The notes under the pieces were generated by a model. It was not told where the DNA came from. It did not search any database and saw nothing but the letters and a program-made list of their open reading frames with translations. Positions 56,978 to 64,000 of a stretch of DNA of 64,000 bases are shown here, in pieces. How positions within the stretch are numbered: position 1 is the first letter of the stretch; each line of letters begins with the position of its first letter. This DNA comes from a virus. Its lineage: Duplodnaviria > Heunggongvirae > Uroviricota > Caudoviricetes. The position numbers and the translations under genes were made by a program. The DNA lies in IMG/VR virus record IMGVR_UViG_2872147552_000001; one strand, given 5' to 3'.

Positions 56978-57312
56978 TATCCAACCTCCTTGCAGTCATC
57001 GAAAAGGTAGCTTTGCTGAGAAGCGTGAACGCCATAGAAGCCCTTGTATTTGTTGTATACGAAGTGGTCTTCTCCGACGCCGGTTAATTTGCCATTACGA
57101 TTTGTGAGATATGGGGATGACAATACTCGATCGTCACGCACAACATAGAACTGGTCGCCGCTGTCTACGACCATCGCTCCATATGGTGCTTTTATGACGT
57201 CGGTAAGAGCACCATTCTTAACGTCGGCTACAGACATTTCACACTGATAAACAGTGGTGTCGGCCACAACGATCGAAGAAAGGAACAACAGCGCGAATGG
57301 GATGGCCTTCAT
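56977..57312 (-). CDS. secreted small protein
   Basis: Signal peptide MKAIPFALLFLSSIVVA followed by a Cys-containing domain. Confidence 0.4.
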   Translation of the reverse strand: MKAIPFALLFLSSIVVADTTVYQCEMSVADVKNGALTDVIKAPYGAMVVDSGDQFYVVRDDRVLSSPYLTNRNGKLTGVGEDHFVYNKYKGFYGVHASQQSYLFDDCKEVG

Positions 57313-57488
57313 GCTGCCACCTCTTTGATTACATCAAATGCTGAATTAAATACGAGCACGATAGCCAAAGCGTTTATGACTACGTCGTGCACCGGGGAAA
57401 AGACTTTACGAATGACACCAGTGAAAATGCAGTCGATGACAAAAGCTATTGAAACGATGAGTAACAAGTATTCAATAAAAATCTTCAT
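57309..57488 (-). CDS. small membrane protein (59 aa, not in ORF track)
   Basis: ATG at 57488, two hydrophobic helices (MKIFIEYLLLIVSIAFVIDCIF...), stop overlaps next ATG (ATGA). Confidence 0.3.
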   Translation of the reverse strand: MKIFIEYLLLIVSIAFVIDCIFTGVIRKVFSPVHDVVINALAIVLVFNSAFDVIKEVAA

Positions 57489-57527
57489 GATAGGTAGATA
57501 CTAACTTATATAAATTTTACTGTAAAC

Positions 57528-57803
57528 TCACTCAAAAGTGCTGATGCTTAAAATACGCTCAAGATGTTCGGCATCTTCATCACTGATTTGTTGAGTCTCT
57601 TCTACGTACCAACAGTTGCCGTTATGCCAACAAACACCATCATCATCAACCATCACTGAATCAGCGTCATGACCTGTATATTCAACGAGAATACGCTGGA
57701 TCAGCGCGTCAGTTTCTTCGTCGTTAAGGCCATCGGCTTTGACCATAAAAAGCGGAAACACGTCATAGACAGTGCTGGTAACGATTCGAACTAAAACTCT
57801 CAT
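57528..57803 (-). CDS. hypothetical small protein
   Basis: 91-aa ORF with AAGGAAAAACAC RBS. Confidence 0.35.
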   Translation of the reverse strand: MRVLVRIVTSTVYDVFPLFMVKADGLNDEETDALIQRILVEYTGHDADSVMVDDDGVCWHNGNCWYVEETQQISDEDAEHLERILSISTFE

Positions 57804-57858
57804 GTGTTTTTCCTTTTGTGGTTAGTGTTTACTTATTTTGTTAGTTATGAATAGGCGA

Positions 57859-58284
57859 TCAATCTTCTTGTTTAGGGAAAAACTGTTCAATAACTCTGTC
57901 AACGGCTGTGTCTATATGGAGTAGATGCCACACAACCATATCTTTGCTTCCCATGCCTTGTGTGAATATCACGTCATACTTACGCCATGCGCAGTGGAAC
58001 CAATATGCTGAGTCATCAATTGGTAAATCCTCTCCCGCCTCTTTGAAGTATTTCAGCAGCATTGCCTGCTCTGCCGTTGGCGTTGGACCTATTTCCTGAG
58101 CGTACATACGGATGAATCGCTGCCAGTCTGTCTCGTCGGGGGTTGGATCTGGTGGGGTCATTTCTGCGATAGCGTTTCGTAGCTGATGCGCCCAATCAGG
58201 TTCAGGAAAGCCTTTTGCTACTTCATCATCAATAACATCCAGAGCCACGTTTGCGGCATCGTAGAGTTTCTTAATAACTGTCAT
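57859..58284 (-). CDS. hypothetical protein
   Basis: 141-aa ORF behind promoter module copy at 58301-58332. Confidence 0.4.
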   Translation of the reverse strand: MTVIKKLYDAANVALDVIDDEVAKGFPEPDWAHQLRNAIAEMTPPDPTPDETDWQRFIRMYAQEIGPTPTAEQAMLLKYFKEAGEDLPIDDSAYWFHCAWRKYDVIFTQGMGSKDMVVWHLLHIDTAVDRVIEQFFPKQED

Positions 58285-58332
58285 GTTTTCTTATCCTTTT
58301 AAACAAATTGTTTTCTTAATAAGATAATTGCG

Positions 58333-58359
58333 ATAAAAAAGGCGTCCAACTGGACGCCT
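58333..58359 (-). terminator. rho-independent terminator
   Basis: Minus-strand hairpin AGGCGTCCAGTTGGACGCCT followed by TTTTTTAT. Confidence 0.6.
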
Positions 58360-58375
58360 GAACTTTTTAGGGGAG

Positions 58376-59206
58376 TTATTTCACTGTAATGAAAGGAGTG
58401 TTAGCCCCTTGAGTCATGTACTGCGGTAACTGGCCATTCCATTTATTGATGGCTTCCAGTTCCATAACGTTCGGGTTTTGACGCAGAGCTTCACCGCGCA
58501 GACGAATGGCGTCTGCTTCTGCTTGCGCACGAGCACGGATAGCATCAGCTTCACCATTAGCCTGTTCACGTAGCATATTCGCCTCAGCTTTACGTTGTTC
58601 AACTTCCTGCTGACGTTGCAGAGTACGCTGGTTAGCCGTTACTTTGGCGTTGATAGATTCTATGACGGTTTTTGGGTAATCAGGCTTTCCAACCCATGAC
58701 AGGCTCAGTACCTCAATACCAACCGGAGACATCTCTTTCTGAATATCTTTCAGTGCGTTGTCCAGCAATTGCGCCTTACCACCGTCGATAAATGAGTCAG
58801 TGGTCATACGGCTGGCCAAACGGTTTAGAGAGTCGGCAATTTTCTGACGCAGATCTGATTCGGTGATATCGTCTACGCCTTTGCGATAGGTCTGGAACAC
58901 CGTCGTTACCTTGTCACGATTAACCAGATACGCAACGCCAATTTTGTGACCAATAGCAGTACCGTCACTCATCTGGAATGTGAATGGCTCGTCGTAGGTC
59001 TTCATTTGTTTGAAGGTCGGGAATACGTAAAGTTCGGTGTTAAGACCTGTCCATTGGCGACCAACGCCAACCACTTCACCAATCCCTTTGTCTTCACCTA
59101 ATTTGTTTACTTTGATGCCAACGTATCCAGGCTCCACGCGATCGCAGCCAGTAAGACCCATTGTGCAAATAGCCGCCAGAGCAACTGCAAGTAAACCTTT
59201 CTTCAT
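58376..59206 (-). CDS. SPFH/band-7 (prohibitin-like) domain lipoprotein
   Basis: Lipobox LTGC after signal peptide; SPFH-type core and Ala/Glu/Arg/Gln-rich coiled-coil C-terminus (QRKAEANMLREQANGEADAIRARAQAEADAIRLRGEA). Confidence 0.65.
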   Translation of the reverse strand: MKKGLLAVALAAICTMGLTGCDRVEPGYVGIKVNKLGEDKGIGEVVGVGRQWTGLNTELYVFPTFKQMKTYDEPFTFQMSDGTAIGHKIGVAYLVNRDKVTTVFQTYRKGVDDITESDLRQKIADSLNRLASRMTTDSFIDGGKAQLLDNALKDIQKEMSPVGIEVLSLSWVGKPDYPKTVIESINAKVTANQRTLQRQQEVEQRKAEANMLREQANGEADAIRARAQAEADAIRLRGEALRQNPNVMELEAINKWNGQLPQYMTQGANTPFITVK

Positions 59207-59209
59207 TAC

Positions 59210-59410
59210 TTATTTCCCCTTTGCTTTGATTAATGAGTTGATAAACTTACGACCAGCAATAAGACCGATTACAGGAGCACCAAAACCAACGATAACTCCA
59301 AACATGACGGCTAAATCACTCTTGGTAGAAATCAGCGACGGAACCAGTAAACCGTAGATGAGAGCCACTGAAAGGCCTGTGGCTACTGCCAATAGATAGA
59401 TTTTGATCAT
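59210..59410 (-). CDS. small two-helix membrane protein (NfeD-like partner candidate)
   Basis: 66-aa hydrophobic ORF 3 nt upstream of the SPFH gene; AGGAAAACAC RBS. Confidence 0.45.
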   Translation of the reverse strand: MIKIYLLAVATGLSVALIYGLLVPSLISTKSDLAVMFGVIVGFGAPVIGLIAGRKFINSLIKAKGK

Positions 59411-59472
59411 GTGTTTTCCTATGTGGTTGTTATGCGAAAATAATAAGTAAGTGCTTATATATTTTCAAGAGA

Positions 59473-59499
59473 TAAAAAAGGCGTCCTGTGGACGCCTTG
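59473..59499 (-). terminator. rho-independent terminator
   Basis: Minus-strand hairpin AAGGCGTCCACAGGACGCCTT followed by TTTTTATCTC. Confidence 0.6.
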
Positions 59500-59502
59500 T
59501 GT

Positions 59503-61842
59503 TTACTCTTCTACTGACTCGGTGGGGTTGTCTTTTGCTCTTCGGTCGTCGATTGCCTGCAAAGCCGCAATGATTTCAGCCAGTGGCTTCTCCCGATACA
59601 TCTCGACGATCTGCGATTTGGTGTATTTCTTGTCACCAATTTCAACTCGCCCGCTGGCGTTCTTTGGCAGGTATCCTTCTTCCAGCATGTACTCGACGAG
59701 CGATTCGATAACGTCGAGGCCACGAGTAGGATCGAAGTAGAATTTCCAGGTGCATTTGCCATACGGTGGTGCAACTTTGTTTTTGATGCATTCTGCGCCT
59801 ACGTCCTGGCCGATCTTCTCTTTACCATCCTTCATCACCGATGCACCAAGACGGATACGTACAGAAGCGTAGAACTTCGGTGAATCTCCACCTGGCGACG
59901 TAGTAGGGTCGCCAAACATTACACCGATTTTTGTGCGAACCTGATTCAAGAAGATGATGCAGGCGTTGTATTTGCGTGCCCACAAAGCCAGAGTAGGGAA
60001 GTTCGCACTCGTCGCACGAGCCAGTGCCGTATTGTCGTTCATGTTTAGCTGATCTTTGTCTTTGGCAGTGCCTTCAGCCATCTTTTCGAACTTCTCGGCT
60101 TTGGAGTTCGGAACCATAGACGCAAGAGAGTCAGCCACGATACAGATTGGTGCTGATTCGGGGATAAGCTCTTCATCACGAACCAATTTAAGTATTGTGC
60201 CGATCAACTCTACAGAGTCTTCGAAGGTATCTGGCTGCTTGTATACCCACTGACCGTCATCCTCATCTGCGTTCAGGCCATTGGCGACAGCCAGGCCAAC
60301 GTCAAAACTGTTTTCATGATCGAGGAATACCGCCAGACCATCCTGTTTTTGTGCTGACACCATCGCAGCCGTCGCGAGGAATGTGTTGTGGCTGATAATC
60401 CCGTTAGACCAGAAAGAGTGTGTTTCCGGCATCGCTACGTCGAACGTTGGTGCTTCACCTTCCTCAATAGCCACGACTTCGTCGTAGAACAAGTTAGAGC
60501 CAATTACCGCTGCCAGTTGTGCAAACAGATGCTCGTTAAAACGATTCTTTCTGCCAATGAAGGAGACATAGATTTCTCGCAGTTTGTCTATTCCGACACG
60601 ATCGCCGCGGCCAATAACGTGGTCTACCAGAGCGTAGTCTTCACGGGTGGTCTTGGTGAGCGACTCGTAGAGTGATTTCACTAAGCCGCTGATGTGCGGA
60701 ACATAGCCTGAGTAAGTGCGGTCAAAACCAATGTCCCGTTTGGTTGCCACTGATAAACGTGCCGGAGATTCGAAACCAATCGTTGACAGAAAAAGGTCGT
60801 AATTAGAGCCACTGAATGACAGCCGGTAATATGTATTTTCATAACCCGCGACGTGTTTTTCAGAGATAGTTGACGTAATCCCCAGATTCAGGAGCATGAG
60901 GCGAATTTGCTGTAGCAGCAGCCCACTCGCGCTCACAACCTCAATGCAGCGACCATCATTGACGTGGCATTCCAGCTCAAAGTAGCCGCGAAGGAATGCA
61001 ATTTGAGCCTCGCTATTGGCGCGACGCACACTCAACGGAACCTGCTTGCCAGCAGCTTTCTCATACTCCAGACCATATTCTTTAAAAAGCAGCGAACGCA
61101 CCTCTTTGCTAAACAGCACATGGTCTTCCGAGCCGTTATGTTTTCTCGTAACTGGCATCTTGTCTGATACCAGCGAAATGAGGCGGTAGTACTCATCCTT
61201 GATGAATGGATCTGTGTTAGAAAAATGCACAGAATTTTCAGAGGCCACGTATCCGTCAGCAATTAAATAGCCCATCAGTTTTGCGATATTGGCATCCAGG
61301 TGCTGATCGCCGAATTGATGTGTGCCAACCATTGAAGGAATCGTGTCGCCTACACTGATTTTTTCAGCATACCGCCAGACGATATTGCCTAAGTCGTCAA
61401 CCACACGGATTGGGTGACGGAACGTAGCCTCGATGTAACCCCCTGATGCCAGCTTAATGCGCTTGAATTTGCGACGGTTGTTCCATGTCAGGTGTGAGGT
61501 CTTCTCTATCACGCCATTTTCATTGATGAGTCCAACGTTATGCTCTACATCGCGAGTAGTGCATGTCGCTTTGTACCCTTCAATCTCAAACAACTCTTTC
61601 ACTGTTACCATTCCACGCTCCGTCAGCAGCATGGTGTCTGCGGTAACACATTTCCCCGCACTTGGTGGCCCGAATACTTCTACGATACGACCACATGGGA
61701 AACCGCCATCGTAACGACCGGAAATAGCTTTGTTTAACGGAGGAAAGCCTGTGTCAATCCAATGAGTTACTTTCTGAATTTCGTCGTTGCTACCGATTTT
61801 CTTTTTCAGAGCAAGTGCCAGTGCGGATTTTCCTTTTGCCAT
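59503..61842 (-). CDS. RecA/UvsX-family recombinase interrupted by an intein
   Basis: Extein reads GRIVEVFGPPSAGK-[intein]-TFLATAAMVSAQKQDGLAVFLDHENSF..., colinear with RecA GRIVEIYGPESSGKTT...; 779-aa precursor. Confidence 0.8.
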   Translation of the reverse strand: MAKGKSALALALKKKIGSNDEIQKVTHWIDTGFPPLNKAISGRYDGGFPCGRIVEVFGPPSAGKCVTADTMLLTERGMVTVKELFEIEGYKATCTTRDVEHNVGLINENGVIEKTSHLTWNNRRKFKRIKLASGGYIEATFRHPIRVVDDLGNIVWRYAEKISVGDTIPSMVGTHQFGDQHLDANIAKLMGYLIADGYVASENSVHFSNTDPFIKDEYYRLISLVSDKMPVTRKHNGSEDHVLFSKEVRSLLFKEYGLEYEKAAGKQVPLSVRRANSEAQIAFLRGYFELECHVNDGRCIEVVSASGLLLQQIRLMLLNLGITSTISEKHVAGYENTYYRLSFSGSNYDLFLSTIGFESPARLSVATKRDIGFDRTYSGYVPHISGLVKSLYESLTKTTREDYALVDHVIGRGDRVGIDKLREIYVSFIGRKNRFNEHLFAQLAAVIGSNLFYDEVVAIEEGEAPTFDVAMPETHSFWSNGIISHNTFLATAAMVSAQKQDGLAVFLDHENSFDVGLAVANGLNADEDDGQWVYKQPDTFEDSVELIGTILKLVRDEELIPESAPICIVADSLASMVPNSKAEKFEKMAEGTAKDKDQLNMNDNTALARATSANFPTLALWARKYNACIIFLNQVRTKIGVMFGDPTTSPGGDSPKFYASVRIRLGASVMKDGKEKIGQDVGAECIKNKVAPPYGKCTWKFYFDPTRGLDVIESLVEYMLEEGYLPKNASGRVEIGDKKYTKSQIVEMYREKPLAEIIAALQAIDDRRAKDNPTESVEE
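60385..61650 (-). mobile_element. intein (422 aa) with LAGLIDADG homing-endonuclease domain, inserted in the recombinase Walker A motif
   Basis: Starts with Cys (CVTADTMLLTERG), ends His-Asn followed by Thr (+1); internal LMGYLIADGYV and FLRGYFELECHVN LAGLIDADG-like motifs. Confidence 0.75.
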
Positions 61843-61844
61843 GA

Positions 61845-62117
61845 TCAGGCTCCTTTTGTTTCGTTGATTCGTTTTAAAGCGGCGGATTCATCGAATACAA
61901 TCGCATCGTGGTTAAGGAGTCTGGATACACGAGCGAGGATTTTTACGACCTGCTCGCTGACTAATCCAAACTCGCGATCTGTCGCTTTCATTCCGGCAGC
62001 GCCTAGAATTGACGGCAGTGCGATGACAGCGTACTCACCGTGATAAAAGACAATCTCTTTTGCCAGTTGGGCAGGGGTGGTTGTAGCGCCATTGATAATC
62101 GATTTAAGCATTAGCAA
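61845..62117 (-). CDS. hypothetical small protein
   Basis: 90-aa ORF between the flap endonuclease and recombinase genes. Confidence 0.35.
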   Translation of the reverse strand: MLMLKSIINGATTTPAQLAKEIVFYHGEYAVIALPSILGAAGMKATDREFGLVSEQVVKILARVSRLLNHDAIVFDESAALKRINETKGA

Positions 62118-63106
62118 TACCTTTCGAATGGAAGAACAAACACTTCAAGGTCTTCAAGGAACGAACGGAAATTCAGCTCGTAGCACAGTTGCTCGAATGC
62201 TTTCACGTCACGATTGCCTTTGATTGTTTCGATTTCGGTAGGCGGAAACTTCGTCTCAATCAGGTTCATTAGCGTGATGTTTCTCTTGAACGCTTCGAGC
62301 ATTCGACAGCCTGTTTTCTCGTTGAAGGCATTCTTCGCTAGTTTGTTGAAGGCGGTCTTATGACGCCCTTTATTAACCACGATTGAGCCGTCGTTGATGC
62401 CGCGTACCATCGTTGCGACACTTCCCCATTCATGCAGCAGCTCTTTCGCACCGCCAGCACCAATGCCACCAACACCGCTAATGTTGTCCGAGTTATCGCC
62501 TTGTAATGCTTTTGCTTCCAAAAATGCGCGAGGCGTGGCGAATCCTGTCAGCTCCGCAAATTGCTCAAAATTAACCTGCTTGTTTTTGGCGTCTTCACGC
62601 AGGCTTACCCAGCTTACGTTTTCGCGAACTAACTGAAGCCAGTCGCTATCGCCTGTTAACAGATAGATGTGTTCAACGGTTGGCTGCGGTGCCATGCGGG
62701 ATACCAGCAGCCCGGCCAGATCATCCGCTTCTGCATCTTTTGCAATGATTTGGTTAACACCAAGCGCGGTCATCATTTTGAGGATGTATGGCTTCTGGAT
62801 AGCAAAGCCTTCCTTCATCTTTTTCATATCAGGATCGTCGTCGCGATTTGCTTTGTAGTCCGGGTAAAAGTCGCGACGCTTGTCACTAAATCCATCCCAA
62901 AGAATCATAGGTCGGGCATGGAGGATGGAGGCATAACGACGGACGTTCTTAACAAAGCCGAAAGCAGCCTGTACTTCCATTTCGCCGTTGTGCAATTTGT
63001 CAGATTGTTGGTGGTAATAACCCAGGCTATTGCCATCTACGAAGAGATAATTCACCGGTACATTCCTTCCAAAAAGTAAGGCGTCCGTAGACGCCTTACT
63101 GGTCAC
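62111..63106 (-). CDS. 5'-3' exonuclease / flap endonuclease (FEN, T5 D15-like)
   Basis: Motifs LFVDGNSLGY, DAEADDLAG, LLTGDSDWLQL and GDNSDNISGVGGIG match the PIN-like 5' nuclease and H3TH regions; GTG start. Confidence 0.8.
   Translation of the reverse strand: MTSKASTDALLFGRNVPVNYLFVDGNSLGYYHQQSDKLHNGEMEVQAAFGFVKNVRRYASILHARPMILWDGFSDKRRDFYPDYKANRDDDPDMKKMKEGFAIQKPYILKMMTALGVNQIIAKDAEADDLAGLLVSRMAPQPTVEHIYLLTGDSDWLQLVRENVSWVSLREDAKNKQVNFEQFAELTGFATPRAFLEAKALQGDNSDNISGVGGIGAGGAKELLHEWGSVATMVRGINDGSIVVNKGRHKTAFNKLAKNAFNEKTGCRMLEAFKRNITLMNLIETKFPPTEIETIKGNRDVKAFEQLCYELNFRSFLEDLEVFVLPFERYC
63070..63101 (-). terminator. rho-independent terminator
   Basis: Minus-strand hairpin AGTAAGGCGTCTACGGACGCCTTACT followed by TTTTTGG. 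Confidence 0.5.
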
Positions 63107-63115
63107 GTAATGGGA

Positions 63116-63982
63116 TTACAGAGAGTCCAGCTCTCTCAGTAGGTCATCCAGACCTTCATCTTCCGTCGCAGATGCGGTTGCTACAGATGTCGCTGCGACT
63201 GCTTCAGACTCTTTGACTGATACAGCAACGGCAGCGGAACTTGCCTCTGGTTTAAATTCAGTTTCAACGGCACGGAGGATTTCTTCATCAACCAGACTGG
63301 TTGGTTCAGAAGCCGGTGTGTGCGCGGTTGCTACAGCCGTCGCTCCTTCTGTATGACCAGTGACAGAGCCAAATCCAGGTAGTGCCGCAGCCGATGTTTT
63401 CGCGGTTGAGGAAATTGCTGGTGCAGATGCTGCGGCAGTTGGTGCAGCGATGCCAATCAGACGACCCATAGTGCGAACTGTCGACAGAAGACGAGTTTCA
63501 TCAGCCTGATTTGCGTATGCGATCAGATCATGCTGGGTGTTCCAGAATTTATCTTCGATATCGCCTTTGTAGACTTTACGCTTAGGCGAGACGTCATATT
63601 TGGTATCGCGACCAGAGCCAGTACGTTTAATCAGGAATGCGTAGCCTTCCTCTTTGCTCAGTGGATTGCCGATATCATCAGCGATGTCTTCGGTGATTGC
63701 TTTGCAGATATCATCGAATACAGTAGACGGCAGCTCGATTAACTGGCATTTCTCAGCATCTGCGAAATCCTCACGAGCAGAAAGAATGCCGTTGACCAGG
63801 TAGCGAGGAGTGGCACGCATTTGACCGATGCGTTCTTCCATTGCTTTGTTACCCTTGTGACGAGCGCGACCTTCCATCACCATTTCGCATAGCTGACAAG
63901 CGCGACCGTGAGTATGTTGCTCACAAATATAAGCGTTGGTTGCTTCTTTACCTTCCTCGTTCTGATACTTAACGTAGTGCAT
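63116..63982 (-). CDS. single-stranded DNA-binding protein candidate (acidic C-terminal tail); N-terminus may continue beyond the window
   Basis: N-terminal Cys/His cluster (CEQHTHGRACQLCE), Ala/Thr/Ser-rich linker and acidic tail DEGLDDLLRELDSL; no stop codon between the ATG at 63982 and the window edge. Confidence 0.4.
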   Translation of the reverse strand: MHYVKYQNEEGKEATNAYICEQHTHGRACQLCEMVMEGRARHKGNKAMEERIGQMRATPRYLVNGILSAREDFADAEKCQLIELPSTVFDDICKAITEDIADDIGNPLSKEEGYAFLIKRTGSGRDTKYDVSPKRKVYKGDIEDKFWNTQHDLIAYANQADETRLLSTVRTMGRLIGIAAPTAAASAPAISSTAKTSAAALPGFGSVTGHTEGATAVATAHTPASEPTSLVDEEILRAVETEFKPEASSAAVAVSVKESEAVAATSVATASATEDEGLDDLLRELDSL

Positions 63983-64000
63983 ACCGAAAGTCTGGAAGAA

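Overview
This 64-kb window reads as a densely packed phage or phage-plasmid genome, almost entirely minus-strand, interrupted by a roughly 3.4-3.9 kb block that is recognisably enterobacterial chromosome (metG and apbC/mrp, divergent, with their own intergenic region and terminators). All identifications are from reading motifs in the supplied sequence and ORF track; no database search, HMM or folding was run, and several track starts are GTG/TTG, so start coordinates are approximate. Layout, left to right: (1) head morphogenesis and packaging module, 0.1-8.2 kb (small and large terminase, portal, scaffold, major capsid, Ig-like decoration protein); (2) an unusual pre-terminase module, 8.3-11.8 kb (wHTH protein, GNAT-like protein, lone ABC-type ATPase, two tandem ParB-like nuclease-domain proteins); (3) a plus-strand island, 11.8-16.5 kb (SF2 helicase plus small RHH-like, lipoprotein and secreted proteins); (4) a cluster of small early-type genes, 17-20.2 kb, each behind a conserved promoter/operator module and bracketed by direct-repeat arrays; (5) a 1-kb ORF-free GT-rich region; (6) the host-like metG-apbC cassette followed by a LexA-box-controlled UmuD'-like (P1 HumD-like) gene; (7) a T4-type replication, recombination and nucleotide-metabolism module, 26.8-64 kb (Toprim protein, SpoT-type HD alarmone hydrolase, two DNA adenine methyltransferases, RNase H, DnaQ-like exonuclease, kinase, DHFR, thymidylate synthase, NrdAB, RuvC-like resolvase, SbcCD-like nuclease, an iteron-flanked rep gene with DnaA boxes, an SPFH lipoprotein with a small membrane partner, a RecA-family recombinase split by an intein in its P-loop, a flap endonuclease and an SSB-like protein). 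Two recurrent regulatory motif families and several terminator hairpin families punctuate the genome. The gene content is reminiscent of SSU5/pHCM2-type phage-plasmids, but that is a recollection, not a verified assignment. The most unusual items are the host cassette inside the phage backbone, the pre-terminase ParB/ABC/GNAT module, the intein-containing recombinase and the iteron replicon.
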